A stretch of DNA of 64,000 nucleotides from Macrostomum lignano (lineage: Eukaryota). The position numbers and the translations under genes were made by a program. The notes beneath the pieces were generated by a model. That model was given only the letters and a program-made list of their open reading frames with translations, was not told the origin of the DNA and searched no databases. Shown piece after piece: positions 10,304-25,300 of the stretch. The stretch is from NCBI GenBank assembly GCA_002269645.1, contig NIVC01001794.1:124001-188000 (forward strand), in the 5' to 3' direction. Positions within the stretch are counted from its first letter, which is position 1, and every line of letters starts with the position of its first letter.

Positions 10304-13300
10304 TCAGTTCTCGACTCTGGACATTTCGATAGATCCGCCTCCCTGTGTATTGCCTGGTGTTGGAAAGAAAAGGTGACTGTAACTTACAACTGGCAAATTT
10401 GACAATGAGTCCTGTTTGTGATAAAATTTTATAAGCTCTTCTACTTTTGACAATAAGACCCGAATCAAAGCTACTTACTTCTAGCCAGCAGGCTGGCACG
10501 GGAGTTGCCGTTGCCGCGTTCACCGCCCACATCGACTCGGCTGCCGCTACGGCCTTGGCCGGCGCTGGCCCTGCTGCCGCTCCTAACGTTGCTCTGCGAT
10601 TCATCGGCGACTTTTGACGTTTGGGAGCTCTTCTTCATCAGCAGAACGATGACCACAATAGCCACAATTAGGCCAATACCTCCTAGCGAGGCTCCAACAG
10701 CTATGGCGACGATGTTGCTGCCATCGCCATCGACAATCACAGCATCTGTCTTCACGTCCAGCACCTGCAGATAGTCCCAGGACACGCTCAGGCTGCTGTT
10801 GCTCAGGTCTAGAAGAACTAACTGGCGGTTGTTCATGAGCTGCACCAGCAGTTGGGTAGCGGATGAGGCGCTAGTATTAGCACCAGACTGGCTGTTGATG
10901 GTAAAACTGATCAAGACGCTACCACTCGTGAACTGCATGTTAGTAATTTGCGACTCGCTGAGCCTGAGCTGACGTGCGATCTGACTCGTTAGGTGACCTC
11001 GAAGACTGGTTTCACTTGTAACAACGCTGGAAAACGACTCTGTGACCTTGATCTGCAGCGTCACAGCTGAGGTCTGTGTCTCCGAGAGGGTCGGAGCAGT
11101 TACGCTGGGAGCCACGGTTGTTGACGTTGTTGCCGTTGTTGGGCCTGTGGTACTTTCAGAGGTAGATGGAGCGATGGTTGTCTCCGGTTGGAAGCCTGGT
11201 GGTCCCTCAAAAACGCCAATGAATGAGGATATGTCATGGCACACACACGTTACGTGCCAGATGCCATCGTCGGTCTGGAATGGCGCGCGAGTTGTGCAGT
11301 TATCCGGGGTCCAGTCGGCTCCGCTCCAGCTGCGGCAGATGAGACTGATGCTACTAAGATTCACAGAGCCACTGATGTTGGTGGTGATAGTCACGCCATC
11401 ACCAAGGCGTGAAACATTCTGGTTCGCGCCGTCGCTCGGGTGAAATATTCCTACGTAGGCCAGAGGACTGCGTCGCGGAGAAATCGTCGGAGAAGCCACT
11501 TTGGCCTGTGGAGTGAGCAGATCCTTGTCCAGCAGGATGGTTCCGATGCAGGCACCGTCCTGGAAGCAGTCAGTCTGGCCACATGACCAGTTATAGTAGC
11601 GCTGCTCGAGATCGTCTCCAAGTGCAACCTGTTGACGGACTGTGAAATTGGATAGACAGTCGGTGCTTCCTGAGTCGCATCCCATCTCCAGATTGGCTGA
11701 ACCGACTGAGTTGAAAGACGTCTTGTACACGCGTACAACAGCCATTGTAGACGCTGCCGCCTGAGCTAGCGAGTTCGGATTTTGACTGTTGCAGAAGGCA
11801 GGAACGGTGTTAAGAATTGTAGCCTGGATATCAGCAGCTGTCGTCGAATCGAGTGTGGAGTGATAGTTTCCAGATGCGATGTCGAGGACGGACTTCACTT
11901 CAGTGGAGGTCATTTTGCTTGTTGTTCCACCCTGAGATCCCGACGTGTCGCGCCTTCGCCTTCGCTTACCAAGCACGCCATTTGAAAAAACTTGTGAGAC
12001 TTGAGAATTGAAAGCATCTAGACATTTTTTCAGAGCATTCAGTACCAAGTTAGTTATATACTGGCTGTTGGCTTTCGTTTTCCGAAACAGTTGACAGCTT
12101 GTTGCAGTCCTCAGACAGGAGACCGATGGCACACTGAAAGAATATATGTAGATATAGATATGCACTACGTATACAATTAACGCTTTTGCGTGACACAAAA
12201 AGAATTCATTAAAAAGAAGTAGAAAAGTGGCGAATTCGTTATATTCTAGACAAATTCAAATTCCACAGAATTCTTACTTGATGTCTAGAGTCATAACGTC
12301 CCGAATCGCCAGTCCCTGCACCAGCTCATTCTTCTTGTTCTTTTCCTCAGTTGACAGGCCAGTATCCGGCTCATTCAGAATCATACCGCCCAAAGCTGGA
12401 GCGTCAACTATAATTTAGGATATGAAATCGATGCAAGTTATTATTTAATTTTGATGAAATTGAACTAAAAAATGAAAATAATTTGATCACGCTCACAGCT
12501 GTTTGAAATATTGTTCAAGTTGTTTAGTAAATCGTCGAGCTTGGCAAGCGTTAGCTGCTTCGCTTGCACCTGAATTACAGTAGTAAATGAGAACCAATCG
12601 GAGCCTGCTCCGTTAGAGTCGATGGCTGAAGCTTTGCAGATCCAGTTTCCTCCAGGTAAACGAGTGGTGAGCAGTCTAGCGGGTGTTGGTTCACTAGTTA
12701 CGCTGACGCACTGGCTTGATGAATCTTGGCGACAGCACATGGCGCTGTAACTGAAGGACACGTCGGAATCGTCAGTGATATTCGGCCATATGGTGAGCGT
12801 GAAGGAGGTCTCCAGAGCGGCTCCTTGGCTGGGAGTCACAGACAGTGCTCCACCACTTGGTGGCGCATTCACGCGGAAGTCGAACTGGGCCTGAGCGGTC
12901 CCGGAACTGGCGCTGGCGATCAAAAGCAGTCGGTAGGAGACACCGGCAGCAAATCTGCAGCTCCGTCCTGGCTTGAGAACCAAAGTGATGAAGCAGCGTC
13001 GATTGGGTACGCATGTATCGGCCAGCGGCGGTCCTACTGAGCACTGCTGAAGCGACAGCGAGCCAAAGCCAGTCTCTTGAGTATCCACAGACCATTGAAT
13101 CTGGGTTATCTCACTGGCAATCACTAAAGCTGTCACCGGGACAGCAGCGTTTGGATTGATTGGTTTGTTGCTCGGCTCGGTCAAGATCCGGACTGATGGA
13201 GGTGGACGAGGCAAAATCTGCACAAGCTTTGTACGACTGGACCTTCGCTGACCCCGCTGACAACTGACGGTGAGGTTCATGAAGCCTGAGGGTAGCTCGT

Positions 13301-16300
13301 ATACGCTGGGGTCCGGCCAAGGAACTTGGATACTGTTCGATGATGTCTGAGTTCCATCCGAACCGAAGAAGCTGAATGAGGACAGCATGGTCCCAGTGTG
13401 TACGTTGCGCATGTAGACTGCCTCACCGTTGGCCCATTTGGTCAGATAAAAGGTGCATAATGTCGTCTCAGTCGAGTAGTCCGGATCGATGATGTACACG
13501 GATTCCTGCAGTGCATCGCTGACGCCGAGATCAGAGCGACCTCCGCGGACGAACATGAGAAACAGAGGGCGGCTGATCGTCTCCAGAAGCAAAAAGCCGC
13601 ACGCCACGTTGGGCCAAGTCGGCATGGAAGCGCAGACACTCAGGTTGTAGGTCTGGCCTCCTTGCAGGACTCCAGATCTCAGTCGGAAGAATTTACCTGT
13701 GATCGCCTGTTGGTCCACATTGATGGCTTTGGTGCCACCGACGATCTTCCACTTGTACTGCAAAAATAAAGTGTGGAGAATCACGTTGATGGCAGTGTAG
13801 GTATTTTATTGTATAGCAGACAACAGGTGTACTTTATAATTGATAGAAAGACAATTTAGGGATATGCTCATCAAGATTTTGATGCAAATTTTGCTTCTAT
13901 TATAACATTTTGCTGCATGATTTATTCTATAAGCGTTCTCAGAGTACTGTTACTTACACTCAGAGTGTCGATAGCCTTGGTATAGCAAAATGAAGGTCGG
14001 ACAATAAGCACAGCGCTGTACCACAGATCGGGCTTCACATACTTTTGCGGTCCGTAGATACTAATGCTGAATGGCGTTCGTTCAACGAGTCGTTTTACTA
14101 CGATGCTCGCCGTATTTGACTGTGTTCCGCATTCGTTCTGGGCAGAAGCCGTGATGTTGTATGACTCGCCAGGCGGAATCTGAAGAAGAAAGCAAAGATT
14201 TGAGACTGTGAGCTTTATGATTTTTTGAGTAATATCTTCTGACTTAAGCGCTTGAGATCACTAACATCCTTTCCGGCGTAGAAAGTGGTTTCTGTGGAAA
14301 ACTTCGACTGGAATGCAGCCAGCTCAGTTGCTTGACAGGTTGAGCCTGCAGCACACCGGATGTCCCAAGTGATCTGCTGCACCATCGATCCACTGATGAT
14401 GGCATACAGGGTGAACGAGTCACAGAGTCCGACGTTGGTCACCTGGTTGGCATCTGATTGGACTCCGGCCAAAAAGATGACAGGTGGCTTTCGACCGTTT
14501 GCATTCACAACAGCGGTGCTGACACTGGAACTGGTGGCCAGACTGATGTCGCTGCCACCCGCATAAATGATATTCGAATTGATGCTGATCCGCGAGCCAG
14601 AGCAGATTGTTGCGCCACGACCTTTCCACACGATGAGAGCGTTTGCCCTCGCGTAGCACTTTGGGCCTGAACCCATCAGCGCAAAAGTCGACGCATCAAA
14701 AATGGCCGAGCACGCCGTCTGTCGCAGCTGGATGTTTGTGTCAAACTCGAGACGCAGGTAGTAGCCAATGGCGTCATCAGTTGCTGAGAGCAGCACTGGA
14801 CCCTTACTCGAGCGGATCGAGAACGGCAGAGAGTTGTGCCTGGTTGGTGATTACAAGAAGTGTAATCGATGTGTCACTTGGTGTAAATCATTGCATTCAT
14901 ACTTGCAGCAATAAAAACAAACCACTCACTTGAACACCGCATATGCATCGTAGCTGATTGTTTGCGGCTTGCAGTTCATGACGCTGAGCTTCCATTGTAG
15001 CGGCTGTCGGACTTCGGCCAGCGCAGAGATATTGCAGGTGACGCTTGTCGCGCTGTCGAATCTGGCCGGCACAGTGAGAAAGCCAGTGCGCGGGTCGCAT
15101 CGGGTGTGGCGGCTAAGATCGTCGCAGTAGAGAAGGCAGACGAGATCGGGCGTGTTGACGAATCCCTGTCCGCTCACTGGCAGAGAGTAAACGGGATTTT
15201 CTAGCGTGAGTCCGGTCCCGACACTCAAGCTGGACAAGTTGGGAGGTCCAAAAACAGTCAAGTTTCCACCGGAAACGTCCTCGATGACTGTAGCACCGGA
15301 AGCGGTCAAGTATTTCACCTGTAGAGCGTACTCGCGAGCAACGAGACCCGAGGGCACAGAAAAGCGGAACAGACCAGAAGATACATCGATGGATATTGCT
15401 TGAAGCTCCGTGTAGAGCGACTGTCAATGTGAGAGCGGAGAAATTAGTTTGTATTTTATCAACGTAAATTGCACACTTAGAAACTGAAGCTTTAAAATGT
15501 TGAGTAATTCTGGAGTTTTGGTCTATTTTGCTTATATTCACCTACATCTACAATCAGTGTTAGTAAACCTTTAGGCGCGTTGCCACTAAATTAGGCCATT
15601 ATTCGTCACTATTAGGATAAACGTCTTGTACTATTTGTCTCGCCGCGTTTTACATCGTCGTGTAATTTACATTCGTGCAATTTGATAGCGGTGTACGTAA
15701 AAGAGCCTTTAGTTTTATTGTTGCAAAAATGGAATTGATGTCTTACCCGATCGGTCACTTTCAGCAGGCGCAGAGTGATTGAGCTGATTGTGAGGTTGAT
15801 GCTGCTGCTGCTGATTGTCACTTGCTGATAAGTATCGTATGACCCCACGCAAGCGTTTCGGGTAATCGTGAAGTGGATCCGAGCACAGATATCTCTCTGC
15901 GGGTCGCTGGGCAGCAGACAACGACCGCATTTGTCAAGAGTCTTTCGAGACGACACCGATGGCTCAGCGACACCGTCACAGCCTGTGATACAGGAAGTGT
16001 CGTTGCTGCAGCCGCAGGGTCCTACGCCGAAGTTGGCCGCTCTTCCGGTGCTTCCCTCGGTGCAGAAGCCGCACTTATTGATGCGCGCAGTGCTGTTCAC
16101 TTTACCATCGCACCACACCGATCGAATGTACTCATCAGCAGTCGCAAATCGACTGGAATTGTAGCACAGGCCAGGCATTGGCGAGACAAAGGATCCGTTG
16201 CATCGACCAGCGCAGTCCTTTCCATAACGCATGGCTTTGCCAGTTCTTCCACCAACGCAGTTGCCACAGTCGTTCCAGATCGCTGTGCCATTTGCATCAC

Positions 16301-19300
16301 CGTTGCAGTCGATGCATGAGCGACCATTTCCACCACAGATATTACAGACATCAGTCTGGAGACCTGACCACGGCTGATTGTCGCAGCCAACCGTCACTGG
16401 ACGGACAACTGCCCATCCAGCAGCTGCACTTTTGTTGACCACGCTACTGACAACGAGTGGATTGATGTAGACTTGTTGTTGGGCGACCAGCTTCTCTGCG
16501 GCTGTAAAAGCAAGGATGGCGCGACTGCGGGACCAGGACGCCGGGACGGTTGGCCGAAATCGGATCGTAGCGTTGGCCGGGAGGAACATCGCTGTGACAG
16601 GCCCCGTACCGTTGACGCCATTTGCTAGGAAGTCAGAGAGCTGCAGTGTGGAGGAAGATGTAGATGAGATGCTTCCCAAACACTGGATGGTTGAAAAGGC
16701 ATCCGAAGTTTTTGCTGAGTCCTTAAAACGCGAGAGCATGCGATACTGCTCAAACGCAGGCTTGTCAGCGGATACATTCAGAGTCTGCCAGGACATGGAG
16801 TTCGGCAGCTGGTACTCCAGAACACCACTTGCATCGTCGCCGAGGCCTTGTAGAACGAGAGCGCCCAACTCGAATGTATTATCGTCACAAAAGAACAGTG
16901 AAACCATGTCGCCGACCCGAATCTGAGTGACGTAGTTTTCTCCATGCCGTTGCAGCATGAAGCCTCGCTCTCGCTGTAATTTCTGACTCACGTACTCGTT
17001 CTCCCTGTCCTTGAGAACACCAAAAGAGAAGAAATCTTTATTCACAACAGGAGGCTGCTCCTTGTGCAGCACGCTGATTGTGACTTTGACTATCCCACCC
17101 ATGGCTGTAAAAGGAAGGACGGATGGAACAAGGGAACCAGAGCTGGTGTAGCTGAAGCGAGGTGGCAGTCCACTCCAAGCCACGCACATCAGAACGAAGG
17201 TCTTGGTAGCGGCATTGCGATTTGGTTCGAATCGGATGTGGGCTTGGCTTGGACTCGGAACGAGAAAGCCTCTCATGTACTCGATGATACCGCTTGTCGT
17301 GACTCCACTTCGAAACGTCAGGTTTCCGTAGATGTCAGGCCTGGAAGTTACACAAATTACGTTTACACTATATTTATGTATATACTGAAGTATAATACTG
17401 GAACCACAAACATTCACATGAGATATTTTTCATTCTCCTTTTATTCCATTATTTCAAGTATTAAATCGAAAAATCTATTTATGTTTCGGTTCTTTTTACA
17501 TTTCTTACATAGTTATGGCAGCGATGTGCCGTCTCTACGTTAGTAGCAGTAGTAACTTACCACACCGGCTCCACCATGTACTTGCAGAACACGCCACCGA
17601 CAGTCGAGGACTCAACCCTTGAGCGCATGTTGCAGAGACTTCGCTCAGAGTGCAGATCAATTACGTTGTCAAGTCTTAGATCGCACACGCTGCTGCTCGG
17701 GAACCGGTTTGGACTCAACACCAGCACTGTAGAGAGAGACTCATCCAGCACAGAGGTGTCCATGACGCTGAGGCTGGATTTAATCAGTGTCACATTGGGA
17801 GGTAGAGCTCTCGGATGTAGGAGCACAAAGCTTCTCATAACGCATTCCGATCCGTCCGGAAGCAGCAGCGAGTACGTGAGATTGATGAGTACATTTTGAG
17901 CGCCGTGTAAGAGAAGCTGGAAGCAACTGTCGGGTCTGATCGGCTCTGGACTTCCGCTGACGTTGATTTTGCGACCATCCAGCTCCATCTCGACACCGGA
18001 ATCTGGGCTGACAAAAAGCACTCTGATGCGTGCGGCAGACGCAGCGCCAAGAAGGTGACCTGTGCGACAGACACCGAGGTCCGGAGCATCCCTGTACAAG
18101 CCCTTGAAGCCAGAAACGAGCTGAGCAGCTGGCAACAGCCGATGAAAGCGAGGACACATTTGGCGGCAGTTGGCGAAGTCTAAGCAGGCACCGAATGCGT
18201 GAGGACAGGCAGTCTAAGGGTGAACAGTTTGAATGAAACAACCTCGTCACCGCTAATTAGACATAGTACGTACGAAAAATGAGCATTTATAGCTGCTACG
18301 AATTTTGAAATTTAGTTTATAGTAAGCATTCAGTCGAATACTGTCGCTCACCTCGTTGGCGCCCTCGCATATCGTGAAATTGTGAGGCAGAGATGCACAG
18401 AAGCTTGGCTCAGCTGTAGCATTCTCGCAAACACCGTTGGATGGGCAGAATCGCTGAAACGAGCAGCATTTTGCTATATTTTTTGTTAACAAGAGAATCC
18501 TAAGAATCAAGAATGCAGCACTTGGCGGCTAGACTCGCATTTGGCAATTGTAGCAGACAACAAATCAAAAGGGTATAGCGCGTATATAGAGCTCGTTATA
18601 CTTATTATCAATTTTTAAAAAGGCGAGGTTGACACAGGCTTTAGCGGGGGGTTATTAATGTGCATGAATTGCTATGTACTCGTACGTTAACCAATCAGAA
18701 TGGAAGGGGTGAGAAAAGGTGGCGTGAGGCGCGGAGGGGGGTGCAATAGACAAATCATGAGTGTGAGTAATTGTACAGATACAGACGTACATTGAAATAA
18801 AAAATTCTTTACTCTTCAAACCATTTTCTGCAACACCAATATTATTATATTATTATTATATAGTTTGAGACTTACCTTGCCTTCTGCGTTGCACCGTGCA
18901 CCCTGCTCGACAAGAGACAACACACAAGCAGCCTTGCAAAGCAGTAGACCGCTGGGTGGGCAGGAAACCTGCGCAAAAAGATAGCAATTGGTTTCATGTA
19001 GTTGGAACAACGATAAAAAATCTGTCGCTTATACTCACTTTGAATCGGCAATCCCTAGGCTTATCTGTAGTCAGTTGATCGGTTGTAGTTTTTTGATCGA
19101 TTGTAGTAAGAGGATCAGCTGTAGTACGTTTATCGGTTACTGCGGATGTCTGTGACTCAAGGGTAGACACGGATGGCGGGACTGTTGAGTCCATACTCCA
19201 CGTTGTGCTTGGACAGGATCCAACAGGGACGCACCTCTTGACGGCCTCACAGTAAGTCTCAGCCTAAAAAAAAGAATTTTAACGATTACAGAGCAACAGA

Positions 19301-22300
19301 GAACTCAAATGCACAAAAGAGTGACTGACGAAAACTTACAGAGCTGCAGTTCATCGACGCTTCGCACAAATCCCCAGAACGAATACAAGTCTTTAATGCC
19401 AAACAGGGAACATATCCAGGATAGCAGCTGAATGAATACTCAATTCGAAGAATCTCGTCTCCGAAGTAGTTTTCGTCAGTCGGAGGCGCGTCCTGCTCCG
19501 GCAGCAGTCCGTTCCACAGTCTGCATGTTAAATTGACACTGCCCGGCTGTCTGAGTTGCACATAAAAGTATGAGCTCTCAACCGATAGCAGTAGGTATCC
19601 TGAGCCGAACTTTCTGACAGAAGCGCCGCCATAGTAGGTGTAGGCGTAGAGCGAATATTCGGTGTAGAGCGACGACGCCTCAATGTAGCAGTAGGCAGCC
19701 TTGCTCGGCGCCTCTCGACACAGCTGACGAACGTGGTCGTTGGGTGCGGAGTCGGGAAACTCGAACCGACCGAGACTGTCGCACCAAGGCGCAGATGCTG
19801 TCGACTGGTTCAATACTGGGCCTAAAATATTCCTTGGGTAGACATTGTCATACATGTATCCAGTGCCGTTCTTTTTCAGCACGACTGTCGGGAATCCAGC
19901 TGGTGGCGGTCGCGACTTCGGCGGAAGCAGGAATCCGTAGGTAGGCTGACACTCCGCGACTACTTGGCTGTCATTGTTAAAGTAGCGAACCCTCAGCTTT
20001 ACCCACGATAGACTCGCATTGGAGCCGGCGTAGTTGGACATTCCCAGAGCATCTGCGCTCACGCAGCTGTTGTTATCGAGAAGCCTGTTGAGTGTAATTT
20101 CCTGTCCGATGCGGCTGTTGTCGAGCTTGTTGGATCCGAGTCTCATCACGGAAGGACCCACTTGCTGCACAACGGTGAAACGAACATTCAGACCCGAAGG
20201 AATGAAGCAGGAGTTTGTAGGCGACACGGACGTGATAATGGTCTTGTTGTTGGGACACGACCTCTTCGCCACCACTTCATCGCACTGTGTCTGTTCGATA
20301 CACATATTGTAACCGGAATAGCATCGGATCAGAGGCTCAGTGCTGGTGCTGGTGGCATTGTCACACGGGCTGCTCATGTAACTGCAGGTGTCCCAGGGCA
20401 TGTAAACAGTTCTGTTGTAGCAGATTCCTTGCTTTGGGCAGAAATTCTGAATATTGGAGAGGTGAAGGATGGAAATATTTTATACAAAGATCAAATCTGA
20501 GGAAGAAGCACGACGGAATGTCATGAGTGTGTCATTTCGAAAGAAGTCGAAAGTCTACACGTTCTGTCAATGCTGTTCTGACTGTAAGTCTTCAATTGTT
20601 TTTTTGCATTTGGTGTACATATTACAAGCTTTTATTACAAGGCTAGAGGAGAGAGCGAGTTCACATTACCGCTACGCTCGTACTCGTAATAGCTTTGCGA
20701 GTTTAATACTGACGAAATCATTGACATATTTTATAACTGGCTTGAGCAATCCTGGGCTAGCAAGGCTATGAGTAGTAGATATTGTAAACGGGCCCTAAAC
20801 TTTTAAGATAGCAATTTATTAATCATGAGGGTTTGACTATCGATTTGTATACAAAGTTTTTGAAAGTTTGAGTCCTTGAGTTTTCGAATTTAAGTACAAG
20901 CGTTTATGACAGGTAAAGGCGCAAGTTTTCGTGTCGAGTGTCAAACAGTTTATTCCCAGGACGGAAAATTTCGTCTGTTACGAGCGTAACATTTTATACT
21001 CAAAGAGGTTGTTCGATTGCATGATATTTCCCGCTTCAACTTATTTGACAACATGGTGAAAAACTTCCAAGAAATATGGAACGAATTCAGCACTGGCGTG
21101 TACTCTTCCTACGTTAAAAGTGCAAAAAACTGATAATAAAGCGCAATGTTTTCACTAAATTCTCCATAGCGTTGCTCCACTTAAACATTCCTATTCATAT
21201 TTGACACGAACAATCTTCAACTGTTTTAACGCAGTCTTGTAAAATTTCGAGTCTTAAAGTAAATTGTGAGCGGCGCTATGAACTTTCAAATTCAGTCTGA
21301 TTTTTCAGCAATGCAAATACCCCAACCTCTGCCTGCCTCTCTTTCCTTTCCGATCTAGGCCACAGGGTGTAAATTGTTTTTAGAATTGACTAATTTTCGA
21401 CTATCATAAGTTTGCTGTGCAATATGCAATAAATGGAGCACGAATAGAAAAATTAATTCTTACAGATACCTGGTAAAACAAATATAAAACAGTCAGCATG
21501 ACAGTGATTGACTTTAAACTAGAGCCAATTCTTGATTGACTTATTTTGTGTCAAAATATGATGTATCAACTTTTGAACTCAATCAGGTGAGAAACTGTAA
21601 TCATGTGAAGTTTGTCACTGCTTTTTTTTTGGTGTTGGGCCGCTCACCCACTCATTCCCTTCAAAACAGGGAGGGGGTAAACTACTGTACATAGCAATGT
21701 ACAGTGTAAAATTACTTTATCTATAGCTTTCTGTTCCCCAATTGCAGAGGCTACGGGTTATCGATGACAGTTTAGTGAGAGGTTCGGCCTAACTGCAGTT
21801 TTAACAGTGGATGAGAAAGGAAATAAACAAAACTGGCAATGCGGCATAGCTCATACTAGCAATCTACGCCCCCCGTTGGGGAGCCAAAGAAATGCAATAC
21901 ACGTTTTTTTAATAAGCTACATGTATCCTTGAAATCTTAAAAAATCTCCTGTCAAACCTTGTAAGCCTTGACATGTCAGTAATTCCCCCCCCCCACAAGC
22001 TTTAACATATCAACTTCCCCCCTTGACATCTCAGCAATGCCCCAATAAGCCTTGGAAATCTAAAAATATCTGTCAACCTTCTAACCCTAACCCTAGCCTA
22101 ACCCTAAAGCATTGAAATTTCAGTAATTCTCTCTAAGAGTCATTATAGCACTACTACAGCATTATAGCAATTCCCTGCAAGCCTCGACATCGTAGGGATT
22201 CCCAAATGAATCTCTTAACTTCGACATGAAGCTTCTTTTATTTTTTACATTACGCTTTTTTATCAGCAATCCCTCCTCTGAGGAGGCATAAAATAATGTA

Positions 22301-25300
22301 ATAAAAAGTTTTCAATAAACTACATGTAGCTTCTGACTTTAGCCTTGAAATCTCATTTATACCCCCGTGAGCCTTGACATCTCAGCTATTCCCCCCGTAA
22401 GCCTTGACATGTCAGCAATGGCCCCCATAAACCTTGAAATCTAAAAAATCCCCTGCTATTCTGCTAACCTTGAAACCCGATAAAATATAACCCTCAACCC
22501 ACACCTGACCTAAACCTAACTTTAACCCAACCTAAAGCCTTGAAATCTCAGCAATTCTTCTCCCCTAAGCCTTGACATTTTAGTGATTCCTTCTTTAAGA
22601 ATCACCGCACTATAACGATTTCCACCAAGCTTTGACATCGTAGCAATTCCCAAATGAATCTTTTAACTTCGACATGACTTTTCTTTTATGTATACATAGT
22701 GCTACTTTTATTTTTTACATGACTCTGCTTCTATCAGCGCCCCCCGTGGTGAGCCAACAAAGAATGCAATAAAAATATTGAGTAAAGTACATGAAGTTTG
22801 AAGTAGCTTCTGACTTTTGCTTTGACATCTCAGAAACCCCCCGTAATCTCAGTTATTCTCTGAGAACCTTGACGTCTCAGTTTTTCTCCCCAGCACAGCA
22901 TTATAGCTTTATTTAATTTTTACATGACACCCTTCATGTCTGACATGACGCTTCTTTTATTCTACCATGATGCTTCTTAATTTTTTAAATGACACTTTCA
23001 TTGGTTTTTAAATGAGGCTTCTATGATTTTTTAAATGACGTTTTTTTGATTTTTATAAGACGCTTCTATGATTTTTTCATGACGCTTCTATGATTTTTTC
23101 ATGACACTCCTATCATTTTATCATGACGCTTCTATGATTGTTTACATGACGCTTCTATGACTTTTTAGATGACGCTTCGATGATTGTTTACATGACGCTT
23201 CTATGATTTTTTACATAAAGCTTCTATGATTGTTTACATGACGCTTCTATGATTGTTTACATGACGCTTCTATGATTTTTTACATGGCGTTTCTATGATT
23301 TTTTACATGACGCTTCTATGATTTTTTACATGACGCTTCTATGATTTCTATATGACGCTTTTACGATTTTTAACATGACGCTTCTACGATTGTTTACATG
23401 ACGCTTCTATGATTTTTTACATAAAGCTTCTATGATTTTTACATGACGCTTCTATGATTTTACATGACGCTTTTATGATTTTTTCATGACGCTTCTATGA
23501 TTGTTTACATGACGCTTCTATGACTTTTTAGATGACGCTTCTACGATTGTTTACATGACGCTTCTATGATTTTTTACATAAAGCTTCTATGATTTTTACA
23601 TGACGCTTCTATGATTTTACATGACGCTTTTATGATTTTTTCATGACGCTTCTATGATTGTTTACATGACGCTTCTATGACTTTTTAGATGACGCTTCGA
23701 TGATTGTTTACATGACGCTTCTATGATTGTTTACATGACGCTTCTATGATTTTTTACATGGCGCTTCTATGATTTTTTACATGACGCTTCTATGATTTTT
23801 TACATGACGCTTCTATGATTTCTATATGACGCTTTTACGATTTTTTACATGACGCTTCTACGATTGTTTACATGACGCTTCTATGACTTTTTAGATGACG
23901 CTTCGATGATTGTTTACATGACGCTTCTATGATTGTTTACATGACGCTTCTATGATTGTTTACATGACGCTTCTATGATTTTTTACATGGCGCTTCTATG
24001 ATTTTTTACATGACGCTTCTATGATTTTTTACATGACGCTTCTATGATTTCTATATGACGCTTTTACGATTTTTTACATGACGCTTCTACGATTGTTTAC
24101 ATGACGCTTCTATGATTTTTTACATGATGCTTCTATGATTTTTACATGACGCTTGTATGATTTTACATGACGCTTTTATGATTTTTTCATGACGCTTCAA
24201 TGATTTTTTACATGACGCTTCTATGACTTTTTAGATGACGCTTCTATGATTTCTACATGACGCTTCTATGATTTTTTGAATGACGCTTCTTTAAATGATT
24301 GTTTACATGTCGCTTCTATGATTTTTTACATGACGCTTCTATGAATTTTTACATGACGCTTCTATGATTGTTTACATGACGCTTCTATGATTTTTTACAT
24401 GGCGCTTCTATGATTTTTCATGACGCTTCAATGATTTTTTACATGACGCTTCTATGACTTTTTAGATGACGCTTCTATGATTTCTACATGACGCTTCTAT
24501 GATTTTTTGAATGACGCTTCTTTAAATGATTGTTTACATGTCGCTTCTATGATTTTTTACATGACGCTTCTATGAATTTTTACATGACGCTTCTATGATT
24601 TTTACATGACGCTTATTTTTAAAAAGTCTTTTAGTTTTCCTGACGTTGAAAAGCTTTAATTAAAAAAATTATACTCTATGAAAATTCGAACCATCGTCGC
24701 TGCATTTGGCAGTTCAGTTTGTTCACCTCTAGGCTAGCTCTCATCTTTTTAGTTAAACATCAAATTTCATTTTGCACTTATATAATTCAACACTTTAAAA
24801 TCCAAGCATAGAGTAAATCACACGAGGCAGTTATGACATAATCAGTTTCTCAGTCAGTCAGTATCAGTTAACAATATGGTTACGCAATTTAAATCAAGTC
24901 TGGTGCTACGCTTCCACACTGCATTTTCAATTCAAGTCGGAGTTACAATTCAGTTATGATGCAATCTATTTCAGAATCAGAATTCAACCAGTCAGTTTTT
25001 TCTCTAGCATTCTTACAATGCATTTCAAGTCGAAAAGTTTGCTTGACCTTTGCAAAAAAGCATGTTTTTCGAATATTTAATGCCTTTAACATCGAGCAAT
25101 TTCTTATCCACGATGCATGTACCGTCACGGGAAAATTTCTGATCGAACAGTGCAAGTTCGAACAAAATCGGTCCAGCCATTTTTCTCTAATCTATCACAT
25201 TAGAAAAAAATCACATTTTTAGTATATTGGAATGGAGGATGGAGGAAGTATAAAGGTAAAAATTTATGAAAAAGCGATACGATACAATCCCACTAAATTA

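Noticed and set aside
22081-22108. Interstitial telomere or chromosome fusion site
   Set aside because: Only about 4 degenerate CCCTAA units, embedded in a duplicated repeat element.
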